Virus record (IMG/VR): IMGVR_UViG_3300045974_000156
Span: 19,892 to 83,891 of that record
DNA: 64,000 bases
Source of the DNA: a virus
Strand: one strand, 5' to 3'
The number at the start of each line of letters is the position of its first letter. Position 1 is the stretch's first letter. A model generated the notes under the pieces. That model had not been told where the DNA came from. It saw nothing but the letters and a program-made list of their open reading frames with translations, and did no database searches. This document shows, in pieces, positions 47,381-55,000 of this stretch. The position numbers were made by a program, and so were the translations under genes.

Positions 47381-48160
47381 ATGGCACTCACCGAAAGTCA
47401 ACATTCTTATATAGATAGAAGCTTGGGGAAACGCCCAAACGGAACAGTTACGCTTAGAGACTTTGATCAGGGTGTGATAGAGACCCTTGGGGCTCGTGTA
47501 GTCGAAGATAATAAAAATATGACAGGTTATTACTTATTTGATGTAAATGGGCTGGATAATAGGACTGGAGGTGTAGATGCTCCGGATGGTTTTGCAGGTA
47601 TACCTGTTGTGTTTAGCTATCCAGAAGATACGTTTCAGAAATATAAGCTTCCAATGCTAATGGTACGTCGAGACTCCATGGATCCTGCCATGAATCGATG
47701 GCACCCATTCAGTCAGCAATACAGTTCATTCTCTACCAGAGGTAGACCGGCAGCGGTAAACTTATCCCAACCCGGGGTAACTCCGAAATGGATTTACGGG
47801 TACGATAAGAGCGAAAATATGCAGCAGGCGGTACCTTTTGATCTTTCATATACGATTCGTCTTATCTCTAAATTCAGAGGGGACACCTGTAAGGCAAATT
47901 ATACGAATGCACTCTTGATGCACGTATTGCGAATATACCAGCCTTACTGTAGAGTACTAGTCAGGGACTGTATAGGGGATATTAGATCTTACGAGGCTTT
48001 TCAGGACAATATTTCTTCTTCAGAGGATACCTCAGAAGTATCGGATAGAATTATGGGTTTTGATATAACCTTAAGAATAGAGGCAGAACTAGACTTAAAC
48101 GTTCCAGCAGTTTATGATACTGTCATAAGCTTGCCACAAGTAACTTTAGAGCCCGCGTAA
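47381..48160 (+). CDS. Tail terminator / sheath stabiliser (T4 gp15-like)
   Basis: IPVVF..PE, KLPML.V.R, VPFDLSYTI motifs. Located just before the sheath. Confidence 0.65.
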   Translation: MALTESQHSYIDRSLGKRPNGTVTLRDFDQGVIETLGARVVEDNKNMTGYYLFDVNGLDNRTGGVDAPDGFAGIPVVFSYPEDTFQKYKLPMLMVRRDSMDPAMNRWHPFSQQYSSFSTRGRPAAVNLSQPGVTPKWIYGYDKSENMQQAVPFDLSYTIRLISKFRGDTCKANYTNALLMHVLRIYQPYCRVLVRDCIGDIRSYEAFQDNISSSEDTSEVSDRIMGFDITLRIEAELDLNVPAVYDTVISLPQVTLEPA

Positions 48161-48175
48161 AAAGGACGAAGAAAA

Positions 48176-48514
48176 ATGCGATACTACAACGTAACCAGAG
48201 GTCCTGTGTCCGCTTCCTTAACCAACGGGAAGACATGCATGTTCAAATCGACATCGTGGACTGAGGTACCGGATGGTCTAGATAACTCTTCTAGCTTGGT
48301 AGAGTATGTGAATAAGGGCATCCTAGTTAAAAATACCCAAGATGTTGAAGCTCTAAAGAATAAGGCTCTCCAAGCATCTAAAGTAACCGCACCATCAGCG
48401 CCCGTAGCCCCAAAGGTTGTACCGGTAGCTCCAAAGGTTGTCCCTGTAGTTGTAGAGGCACCCAAGCCCACTACCACCACTCCTCCGGTCGCTGTAAGCC
48501 CTACTAACAAATAA
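48176..48514 (+). CDS. Hypothetical protein with Pro/Val-rich tail
   Basis: SD AAGGA; PVAPKVV repeat. Confidence 0.65.
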   Translation: MRYYNVTRGPVSASLTNGKTCMFKSTSWTEVPDGLDNSSSLVEYVNKGILVKNTQDVEALKNKALQASKVTAPSAPVAPKVVPVAPKVVPVVVEAPKPTTTTPPVAVSPTNK

Positions 48515-48527
48515 TTAGGAGTCATAG

Positions 48528-51128
48528 ATGCCCGTCCCAACTTTATCAGCAGGCGTATATACAGAAGAGGTTAGCTCTCCTACCGGAATAACCACTAGCG
48601 TTAGCCCTAGCACCCTGGGCATAGTTGGTTATACATCGATGGGACCCTCTAATGTAGCCACATTAGTAACCAGCTACGGAGGGTTTGTAAACACGTTCGG
48701 AGATGTAACTGAACTTAGCTACACCGCTTATGCAATGAAGTCATTTTTCGATAACGGTGGTCAGCGCGCTTATGTGGTCCGAGTAACTTCCTCAGACGCT
48801 GCAAGCGGAAAATGCTTCGTACAGAGCCAAATAACTAACAAGGCTCACTCTACACCCGGCGTAACTGGAACTTACATTCTAGTTTCTACCACTCCTCCGA
48901 CCCCAAATATTACAACTGCTGTAGCAACCAAACTCTTCACCGCAAGCGGTGGGGCTTCCGTAGTTCCAGGTAGCGTCAGCCTAAGCTGGAGAAGCCCCGT
49001 GGCTTCGATAAACCCTATAGCTCCCAAGGCTCGTGATGGTGTAGCAGCCCTCACCCTAGCTCTAAATTGTGAGTTTGCGCTTGCTAGTACAAACATTCCA
49101 GCCTACGACCCAAATTTTATGGCTGTCATCCCTGGGACGGTTGTTCTATCTTATGTCGTTGCTAGCGGAACCCCAGCCACCCATACAGTACCCGCACCCC
49201 CATTCGGTAGCACGATCAGCACAGTAGTGACAGAAACCGTAGCAGGATTCGGCACCTACTCCTTCGACTACGCCTCAGGCAAGGGTTCGATCCAGTTCTC
49301 TGGTGCTACTATACCAGACCCGGGTACCTTCACTATCGGGTTCACACCAACCTCTGAGACTAACACTGTTATGGATGACGGTACTGGTAGCCTAACAGGA
49401 GCCGCTATAACCGGTGGAACCATCAACTACGTCACAGGTGATTTCAATTTCGGATTAACCGACACAAGCTACTCAGTTCATGATCAGGGATTGGTACTTG
49501 CCTCTTACAAGGTTAACGCCTTCCAGCTAGCCCCCTCCGGTGCAGGATCGTGGAACCAGAATATCAGGGTATCTATTCAGAATTCAGATCCCCTTCTTTC
49601 CCCACTAAATGACCCATCGTCATTTACATTCACGATACAGCTAGCTGACTCTAATGGTAATTATCACGACCGTGAAACCTACGATAGTCTATCCTTTACG
49701 GACTCAACAGCTAGCAACTTCTTCCCGAGCGTCATAAACTCACTATCTAGCCTAGTATCCGTAACTCTACCTGCCGGTGATATAGTTCCTTGGCAGCTAG
49801 TAGGCACCAAGCGCACTGTAGTGCTTGGCGGCGGCGACCAGAGCGCAGGCAATAAGACCTTTGGCACTACCTTGACCGGGCTGCCGATATTGCCAGGCTC
49901 TGTACAGGCTTCATATACCCCTGTCGGATCCACCAAAGCTGTAACCTTCACTGATAATTCACAGGGATCATTTGCAGGAAGTGCTGTATCGTCAGGATCC
50001 GTAGCTTACGACACCGGGGTGTTATCATTCGTCACCGCCTCGGCAATCAAGGCGGGAACACTGGTTAGCCTGTCCTACAGAACCTCTCCAGTCGAGACAA
50101 TACACTACGAGGTTTTTGGAGATCAGACCAAGCAGTATTGGAATATACACGCCACCCCATCACCAGCAGCAGCTTATTACGATCTAGGAACTGACGGAAC
50201 CTTCGGTACCAACTACGGAGAAGCTCAACTAACCTCATCTAGTCTACAAGCCTCTTTCTCAGGTCTGTACGCTCTAGACAAGGTTCAGGAAATCATGCAG
50301 GTATGCGTGCCCGACTCTGGCGGCGACCCGATAATGACCGGCGATCTTATCGCCTACGTTGAGAAGCGCCCCCTGACTCAAGCCAACGGTGGTGACAGGT
50401 TCGCAATCCTCTGCCCTCCAAAGGGAACCACCAAGGCAAGTGCGGTAGTTTCTTGGCTACAGAACTTGGGTCAGCGTAGCATGTTTAGCGCGATATACTG
50501 GCCATGGATTGCTGTTCCGGATCCTATTGCTGCTAACGTAGGAACTGGAGCCAGAACAAAGATCATACCCCCGACTGCCGCAGTAGCCGGTGTATTCGCT
50601 CGCACTGACGTTAACAGGAACGTGTCGAAGGCTCCAGCCGGAACCACCGATGGCGCTCTCCGTGGCGTAGTTGGTCTGGAGTATAACGTTACCGTAGACG
50701 ATGCGAATTACATATATCCTCGTTATATAAACCCACTAGTAAACTGGACCCAGACTGGTCTAGTTGTCTGGGGTGCCCGTACTTTCGCAGCGGACCAGAA
50801 ATGGCGTTACATACAGGCTCGCCGCTTGTTCATGTTCGTAGAGTCCAGTGTTTGGAGTTCAATGTTCTGGACAGTATTCGAGAATAACGGACCAGAACTA
50901 TGGATCCGTATCAAGTCACAGCTAAATGGGTTCTTGGGAGACCTATTCAGACAAGGCTATTTCGCAGGAACATCAGCAAACTCAGCCTTCTATGTAATCT
51001 GTGACGAGAGTAATAATACTCCACAGACTATTGCCCAGGGTAAAGTAATTGTCGATGTAGGTATCGCTCCAACAACCCCCGCTGAGTTTATCACCATCAG
51101 GTACGCTCAGATAACCAATGCCTCGTAG
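48528..51128 (+). CDS. gp18: Contractile tail sheath protein with inserted domains (866 aa)
   Basis: GVYTEE, FFDNGG.RAYVVRV, AIYWPWI, PP..AVAGV.ARTD..R.V.KAPAG, INPL, VWGART, WRYI..RRL, VFE.N, PAEFI. Confidence 0.95.
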   Translation: MPVPTLSAGVYTEEVSSPTGITTSVSPSTLGIVGYTSMGPSNVATLVTSYGGFVNTFGDVTELSYTAYAMKSFFDNGGQRAYVVRVTSSDAASGKCFVQSQITNKAHSTPGVTGTYILVSTTPPTPNITTAVATKLFTASGGASVVPGSVSLSWRSPVASINPIAPKARDGVAALTLALNCEFALASTNIPAYDPNFMAVIPGTVVLSYVVASGTPATHTVPAPPFGSTISTVVTETVAGFGTYSFDYASGKGSIQFSGATIPDPGTFTIGFTPTSETNTVMDDGTGSLTGAAITGGTINYVTGDFNFGLTDTSYSVHDQGLVLASYKVNAFQLAPSGAGSWNQNIRVSIQNSDPLLSPLNDPSSFTFTIQLADSNGNYHDRETYDSLSFTDSTASNFFPSVINSLSSLVSVTLPAGDIVPWQLVGTKRTVVLGGGDQSAGNKTFGTTLTGLPILPGSVQASYTPVGSTKAVTFTDNSQGSFAGSAVSSGSVAYDTGVLSFVTASAIKAGTLVSLSYRTSPVETIHYEVFGDQTKQYWNIHATPSPAAAYYDLGTDGTFGTNYGEAQLTSSSLQASFSGLYALDKVQEIMQVCVPDSGGDPIMTGDLIAYVEKRPLTQANGGDRFAILCPPKGTTKASAVVSWLQNLGQRSMFSAIYWPWIAVPDPIAANVGTGARTKIIPPTAAVAGVFARTDVNRNVSKAPAGTTDGALRGVVGLEYNVTVDDANYIYPRYINPLVNWTQTGLVVWGARTFAADQKWRYIQARRLFMFVESSVWSSMFWTVFENNGPELWIRIKSQLNGFLGDLFRQGYFAGTSANSAFYVICDESNNTPQTIAQGKVIVDVGIAPTTPAEFITIRYAQITNAS

Positions 51129-51199
51129 TACACGAAAGATTGCGTAAGCAAAGAATTTAACTTATCATAGGTCCTAGGGACCTATCAAGGAGATTTAAA

Positions 51200-51847
51200 A
51201 TGGCCACAATAGTTATATCAAACCTCTCTAGCTCGCCCGTATTCCTCAGGGAATTTTATGCTAATCTCGGACCAGCGGGGCAGAAGAATGTTAAAGTAGG
51301 ACCGACCGATACTCTGACTACAGTTAAGCCAGCAGGAACTCTCGGCAATATGGACGGACTCATGCAGCTTCTGGCTGCCGGGACTGTCTCTGTTTCCGTC
51401 ACTCCTGACGCTGGAGAAGCAGGATCCGCTCTCTTGGTTCCTCCTCAGTCAGTTGGACAGGAAGATCTAGTTAAGACTGCTGACACTACAGCCTCAAATA
51501 CATTCTCATCTGCCGTACCCTTCATTATCAAGGTGCCGCTCGTAGCCGCTGATACTTCTGAGACTGTATACGCAGCCGATGCCCTACCGTACAAGATGCG
51601 CGTCATCGACGCAGTTGCTTTCCTGAGCACCGCTGGTTCCGGCAGCATAGCGGTAAACAGCAAGGCTGACGGCTCTGGTACCGCACTAGCCGCCCCCATT
51701 ACTTGCGCCGCAGGACTTGTTCGCCCCTCAAGCTCCTCATGGACAGCATCAGTAGTAACCCCCCTGACCACTGGCAGCGGCTTCTTCGTAACCAAGCCAG
51801 CCGCAACAGTTGGCGAACTCTGGATCACAGTTCGTAAAGAAGTTTAA
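51200..51847 (+). CDS. Hypothetical virion protein (215 aa)
   Basis: SD AAGGAG; high-expression-like codon bias; lies between sheath and tube. Confidence 0.75.
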   Translation: MATIVISNLSSSPVFLREFYANLGPAGQKNVKVGPTDTLTTVKPAGTLGNMDGLMQLLAAGTVSVSVTPDAGEAGSALLVPPQSVGQEDLVKTADTTASNTFSSAVPFIIKVPLVAADTSETVYAADALPYKMRVIDAVAFLSTAGSGSIAVNSKADGSGTALAAPITCAAGLVRPSSSSWTASVVTPLTTGSGFFVTKPAATVGELWITVRKEV

Positions 51848-51865
51848 TAGTTAGTGCTCTGTAAT

Positions 51866-51889
51866 GGGGGAGGGGTAATTCTCTCCCCC
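51866..51889 (+). other. GC-rich stem-loop without U-tract (mRNA processing/stabilising element or weak terminator)
   Basis: GGGGGAGGGG-TAAT-TCTCTCCCCC. Confidence 0.5.
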
Positions 51890-51927
51890 TGTAGAAAAGA
51901 AATCAAGCCAGTAACATTGGAGATCAT

Positions 51928-52530
51928 ATGGCCCGCTCAGTAACTTCAGATTATCTACATAACATGAGGTTCCATGTTACAGTTGATGACACACTCACGA
52001 CCGATAAGGATTATCTCGGGGTCACAAGTGCAAAAAATGGTGCGCCACAGGCTGGGTTCAAGACCTGTTCTCTTCCGGATTTATCTGTGGACGTAAAGAC
52101 ATACAAAGAGGGTATTTGGATATACGACAGGAAATTCCCAGGCGTCCCGACAGTGAGCGATGTAACAATGTCTCGCGGGGTTACCCGTAACGATACTGCA
52201 TTTTACAGATGGCTTCTAAAGACAGCAGAAGGTACAGGGGAGTACAGAGCGAAGATATCTATAAAGATTTATCACCGCGATACAAACCTGACCCTTAGGG
52301 ACCCTGCTAGTACCATAAATGACGCTACTGAACCAGGACTGAACAATTTAACACTACCTGCCCGTACTATAACATTATATGAAGCTTTCCCCACCAAAGT
52401 GACATTAGGATCAGCACTAGATTCTGCCAACTCAGAAATATCAGTAGCAGAACTAACACTATCGTGTGAGCGTTTCACCATAACTGACGGTAACGCTAAC
52501 GCAGCCCCGAATACAGTAACTAAGACTTAA
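51928..52530 (+). CDS. gp19: Tail tube protein (T4 gp19 / CIS tube family)
   Basis: RFHV, AGF..CS.P, YKEG...RKFPG, VTMSRGV, FYRW, AFPTK, LD....EIS..EL.L..E. Confidence 0.9.
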   Translation: MARSVTSDYLHNMRFHVTVDDTLTTDKDYLGVTSAKNGAPQAGFKTCSLPDLSVDVKTYKEGIWIYDRKFPGVPTVSDVTMSRGVTRNDTAFYRWLLKTAEGTGEYRAKISIKIYHRDTNLTLRDPASTINDATEPGLNNLTLPARTITLYEAFPTKVTLGSALDSANSEISVAELTLSCERFTITDGNANAAPNTVTKT

Positions 52531-52556
52531 TTGAATATAAATAGGATCGGTAAGCA

Positions 52557-53306
52557 ATGGCTAGACATGCGATCCTTGATTATTTACAAAATCATGCTTT
52601 CTTTCTAATGGATCTCGCCCCCATAGGGGCGGCTAGTATGCCATTATTCATGCCCCTCTCGGGGTTTAGCTCCATAACAGCCCCTGAGATCAAAGTAGAG
52701 ACAGAGACTGTTAAAGAGTCTAATTGGTTTTATCCTACCTATGTAGTCAAGAGCGCCTCAGTAGGACCTATCAGGCTTCAGCGTGGTAGTACTCTTGCCA
52801 ATAGTGACTTTGAGAGGTGGATAAATAATGCGATCAAGGGTGATACCAGGGCATTTACTACCCCATCATTGGGTGGATTATTACCCACCATATCTATTAC
52901 CTCTGGGGGTCCTACTTTCAGACGTAAACTTATGCTTATTCAGTTTTTTCCTAGATGGCCACTGCCTGGTGGCATAGATGGTTTAGATCCTAGTGCTAGG
53001 GCTTTACTGGGAGAGGGCGTCCTAGCAGCCGCAGCCGTAGCGGGGGCAGCCACTGGTGGCGGGGGACTTGGTGGCGCTGTCATAGCTGGCGCTGCCGCAG
53101 TAGTGGGCGGTGGCTTAGAAATGTTGTTATCTGGCGAAGTTCCAGACTACGCCCTAAGATTACCCGCTAAGGCTTGGATCTTATACGATTGTATACCTAC
53201 TAGATACAAGGTCAGTGGGGAATTTAACGCAGGCTCAGCAGAGATATCTATTCAGGAACTTGAGCTTCAGCCTAGTTATATAGAAGAAATAAGTTTAATG
53301 GGGTAA
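52557..53306 (+). CDS. Second tail tube-like protein (possible tube initiator) with Gly/Ala hydrophobic insert
   Basis: GFSSITAPE..E, I.LQRG, FERW, W.L..CIPTRY..FNA...EISIQELEL. Confidence 0.8.
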   Translation: MARHAILDYLQNHAFFLMDLAPIGAASMPLFMPLSGFSSITAPEIKVETETVKESNWFYPTYVVKSASVGPIRLQRGSTLANSDFERWINNAIKGDTRAFTTPSLGGLLPTISITSGGPTFRRKLMLIQFFPRWPLPGGIDGLDPSARALLGEGVLAAAAVAGAATGGGGLGGAVIAGAAAVVGGGLEMLLSGEVPDYALRLPAKAWILYDCIPTRYKVSGEFNAGSAEISIQELELQPSYIEEISLMG

Positions 53307-53308
53307 CT

Positions 53309-53542
53309 ATGTCAAACTACTTGTACTTTGTTGATGTGAAGAAATTACTCGATGAGACTATGACAGGTATGACCGGAGGAATCACGACTTCAGGATCTTT
53401 GGGTGGTCAGGTGCCTGGGAAGGGCATTTATTATCCAGCCCCAATGTTATTTACGACCAAGTACCCGATGGCTTGGGATGAAGAAGATCCCGCCAAAAAA
53501 GACCCTAGGAAAAAAAGCCTTAAGCAATACGAAAATCCGTAA
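53309..53542 (+). CDS. Hypothetical protein (77 aa)
   Basis: SD GGGG; contains LLDE-TM and a basic C-terminus. Confidence 0.55.
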   Translation: MSNYLYFVDVKKLLDETMTGMTGGITTSGSLGGQVPGKGIYYPAPMLFTTKYPMAWDEEDPAKKDPRKKSLKQYENP

Positions 53543-53566
53543 GACCTTTACATAACAGTTTAAGTA

Positions 53567-54070
53567 ATGTATCCTCTTCTCATGGTCCCATGGGAAGAAA
53601 TCCGTAGAAATATATCTGGGCGTAAGTGCCAGAACTGCGGGAATACCCAAAATTTATTGATTATACCTATTATTCCTTTTGATAAGGGAGGATTACCTGT
53701 GGAAACAAACTCCGCTGTGGTATGCCGTACCTGTAACGACCGGACTATTATGCAAAGTTCGGTATCTAGTGACAAGCAGCTTATTAATTTCTGGCTAAGC
53801 CAGGAATTATATACTTGGCTAAGAGAACAAAGCCTCCAAGGGGGCATGGGAGCCGTTCTGAGGCAGCTTATGAGTGCCTATACCCAGAACCCTGATGCTT
53901 ATCAGGACATCGCTCTGTGGCAGGATACGGAGGCTAGAACACGGGTCAGCGTCTGGGTCCCTATGATGGACTACCAAGAGTTTAAGAAAACACTCCAAAA
54001 GAACGGTCTGTCTGTCACAGACGCCCTCAAGGGTATGCTACTCAGTCTAAAGAACCTAAAGGAGAATTAA
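53567..54070 (+). CDS. Degenerate HNH Zn-binding domain fused to two ribbon-helix-helix-like segments; putative DNA-binding regulator
   Basis: CQNCG..LLIIPIIP..KGG...N...CRTCN (the catalytic DH is replaced by IP). INFWLSQELYTWL..MGAVLRQLM and VSVWVP..Y..FK....G.SVTDALK. Confidence 0.65.
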   Translation: MYPLLMVPWEEIRRNISGRKCQNCGNTQNLLIIPIIPFDKGGLPVETNSAVVCRTCNDRTIMQSSVSSDKQLINFWLSQELYTWLREQSLQGGMGAVLRQLMSAYTQNPDAYQDIALWQDTEARTRVSVWVPMMDYQEFKKTLQKNGLSVTDALKGMLLSLKNLKEN

Positions 54071-54071
54071 A

Positions 54072-54848
54072 ATGTCTAATGCTCTAGAGAAGAATATAAG
54101 AACCCTTGGGGATCCCAAAGCCAGCACTGGTATTTTTAAGTTACCCAGCGGATATCTAGCCCCAGACAGTACACTACATGACGAAATTCAACTTAGAGAG
54201 ATGACCGGAGCAGAGGAGGATATTCTCTCAGGACCCGGTTCAGTTATGTCCAAGCTTAATACCATAATCGGTAACTGTGTAATAAAAGTAGGGACCATAA
54301 CGGATAAGAAGCTGATGCACGACATAGTGATGAATATACCGGCGGTAGACAGGGTGTGTATATTGCTAATGTTGAGAGCCATCACAATAAATGATGAGTA
54401 CTCCTTCGACGCAAACTGCCCCGGATGTAAAACAGAAGGATCTTATACTGTAGTTCTTAGTTCATTAAAAGTAAAAGACATGGAGGATAAGAAAAAGAGG
54501 GTATTTGACCTCAAATTACCATCAGGTAAGACAGTACAGATCAAGACTCTCTTAGGCAAAGACGAGCATGATGCAGCAGAGATAGCTAAGAAGTTCCCTA
54601 ATGACTTGGCTTCCGCAGCTATGATGACCAGAATAGCCGCCATAGAAGGTACGCCAGCTACGCTAGAGACAATAAAAACACTAAGCTGGAAGGATACTAG
54701 GTTTATTAGGACAGAGCTTAAGAAGATAGATCCGACCATAGACACTCTTATAGAAAATACGTGCCAGACATGTAAAAGAGATTTTAGTGTCGAGCTTGAT
54801 ATAGGATCTGCAAGTTTTTTCTTCCCTTCGGAAATCGGGAACTCCTAG
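54072..54848 (+). CDS. Tail/baseplate assembly chaperone (T4 gp26-like, TAC)
   Basis: LPSG, LREMTG.EEDIL, DR..ILL.LR, CPGC, CQTC, terminal FFFP. Located directly before the tape measure. Confidence 0.8.
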   Translation: MSNALEKNIRTLGDPKASTGIFKLPSGYLAPDSTLHDEIQLREMTGAEEDILSGPGSVMSKLNTIIGNCVIKVGTITDKKLMHDIVMNIPAVDRVCILLMLRAITINDEYSFDANCPGCKTEGSYTVVLSSLKVKDMEDKKKRVFDLKLPSGKTVQIKTLLGKDEHDAAEIAKKFPNDLASAAMMTRIAAIEGTPATLETIKTLSWKDTRFIRTELKKIDPTIDTLIENTCQTCKRDFSVELDIGSASFFFPSEIGNS

Positions 54849-54982
54849 AGGTCCAGATTTTCCAATTGATGGAGCTATGGCATATTAGTTATAGTGACTT
54901 GATGGAAATGCCTTCATCCATAAGGTGGCGTTTTCTAGAGAAAAAGTTAGATATGGAAAAACGTCATAGATCTAAAAAATAA
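54815..54982 (+). CDS. -1 frameshift extension of the chaperone (gpGT-like / T4 gp51-like); not in the ORF track
   Basis: Slippery T TTT TTC at 54815-21. The -1 frame reads FFLPFGNRELLEVQIFQLMELWHISYSDLMEMPSSIRWRFLEKKLDMEKRHRSKK*. Confidence 0.8.
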   Translation, partial: FFLPFGNRELLEVQIFQLMELWHISYSDLMEMPSSIRWRFLEKKLDMEKRHRSKK

Positions 54983-55000
54983 AAGAACTAGGAAAACAAG

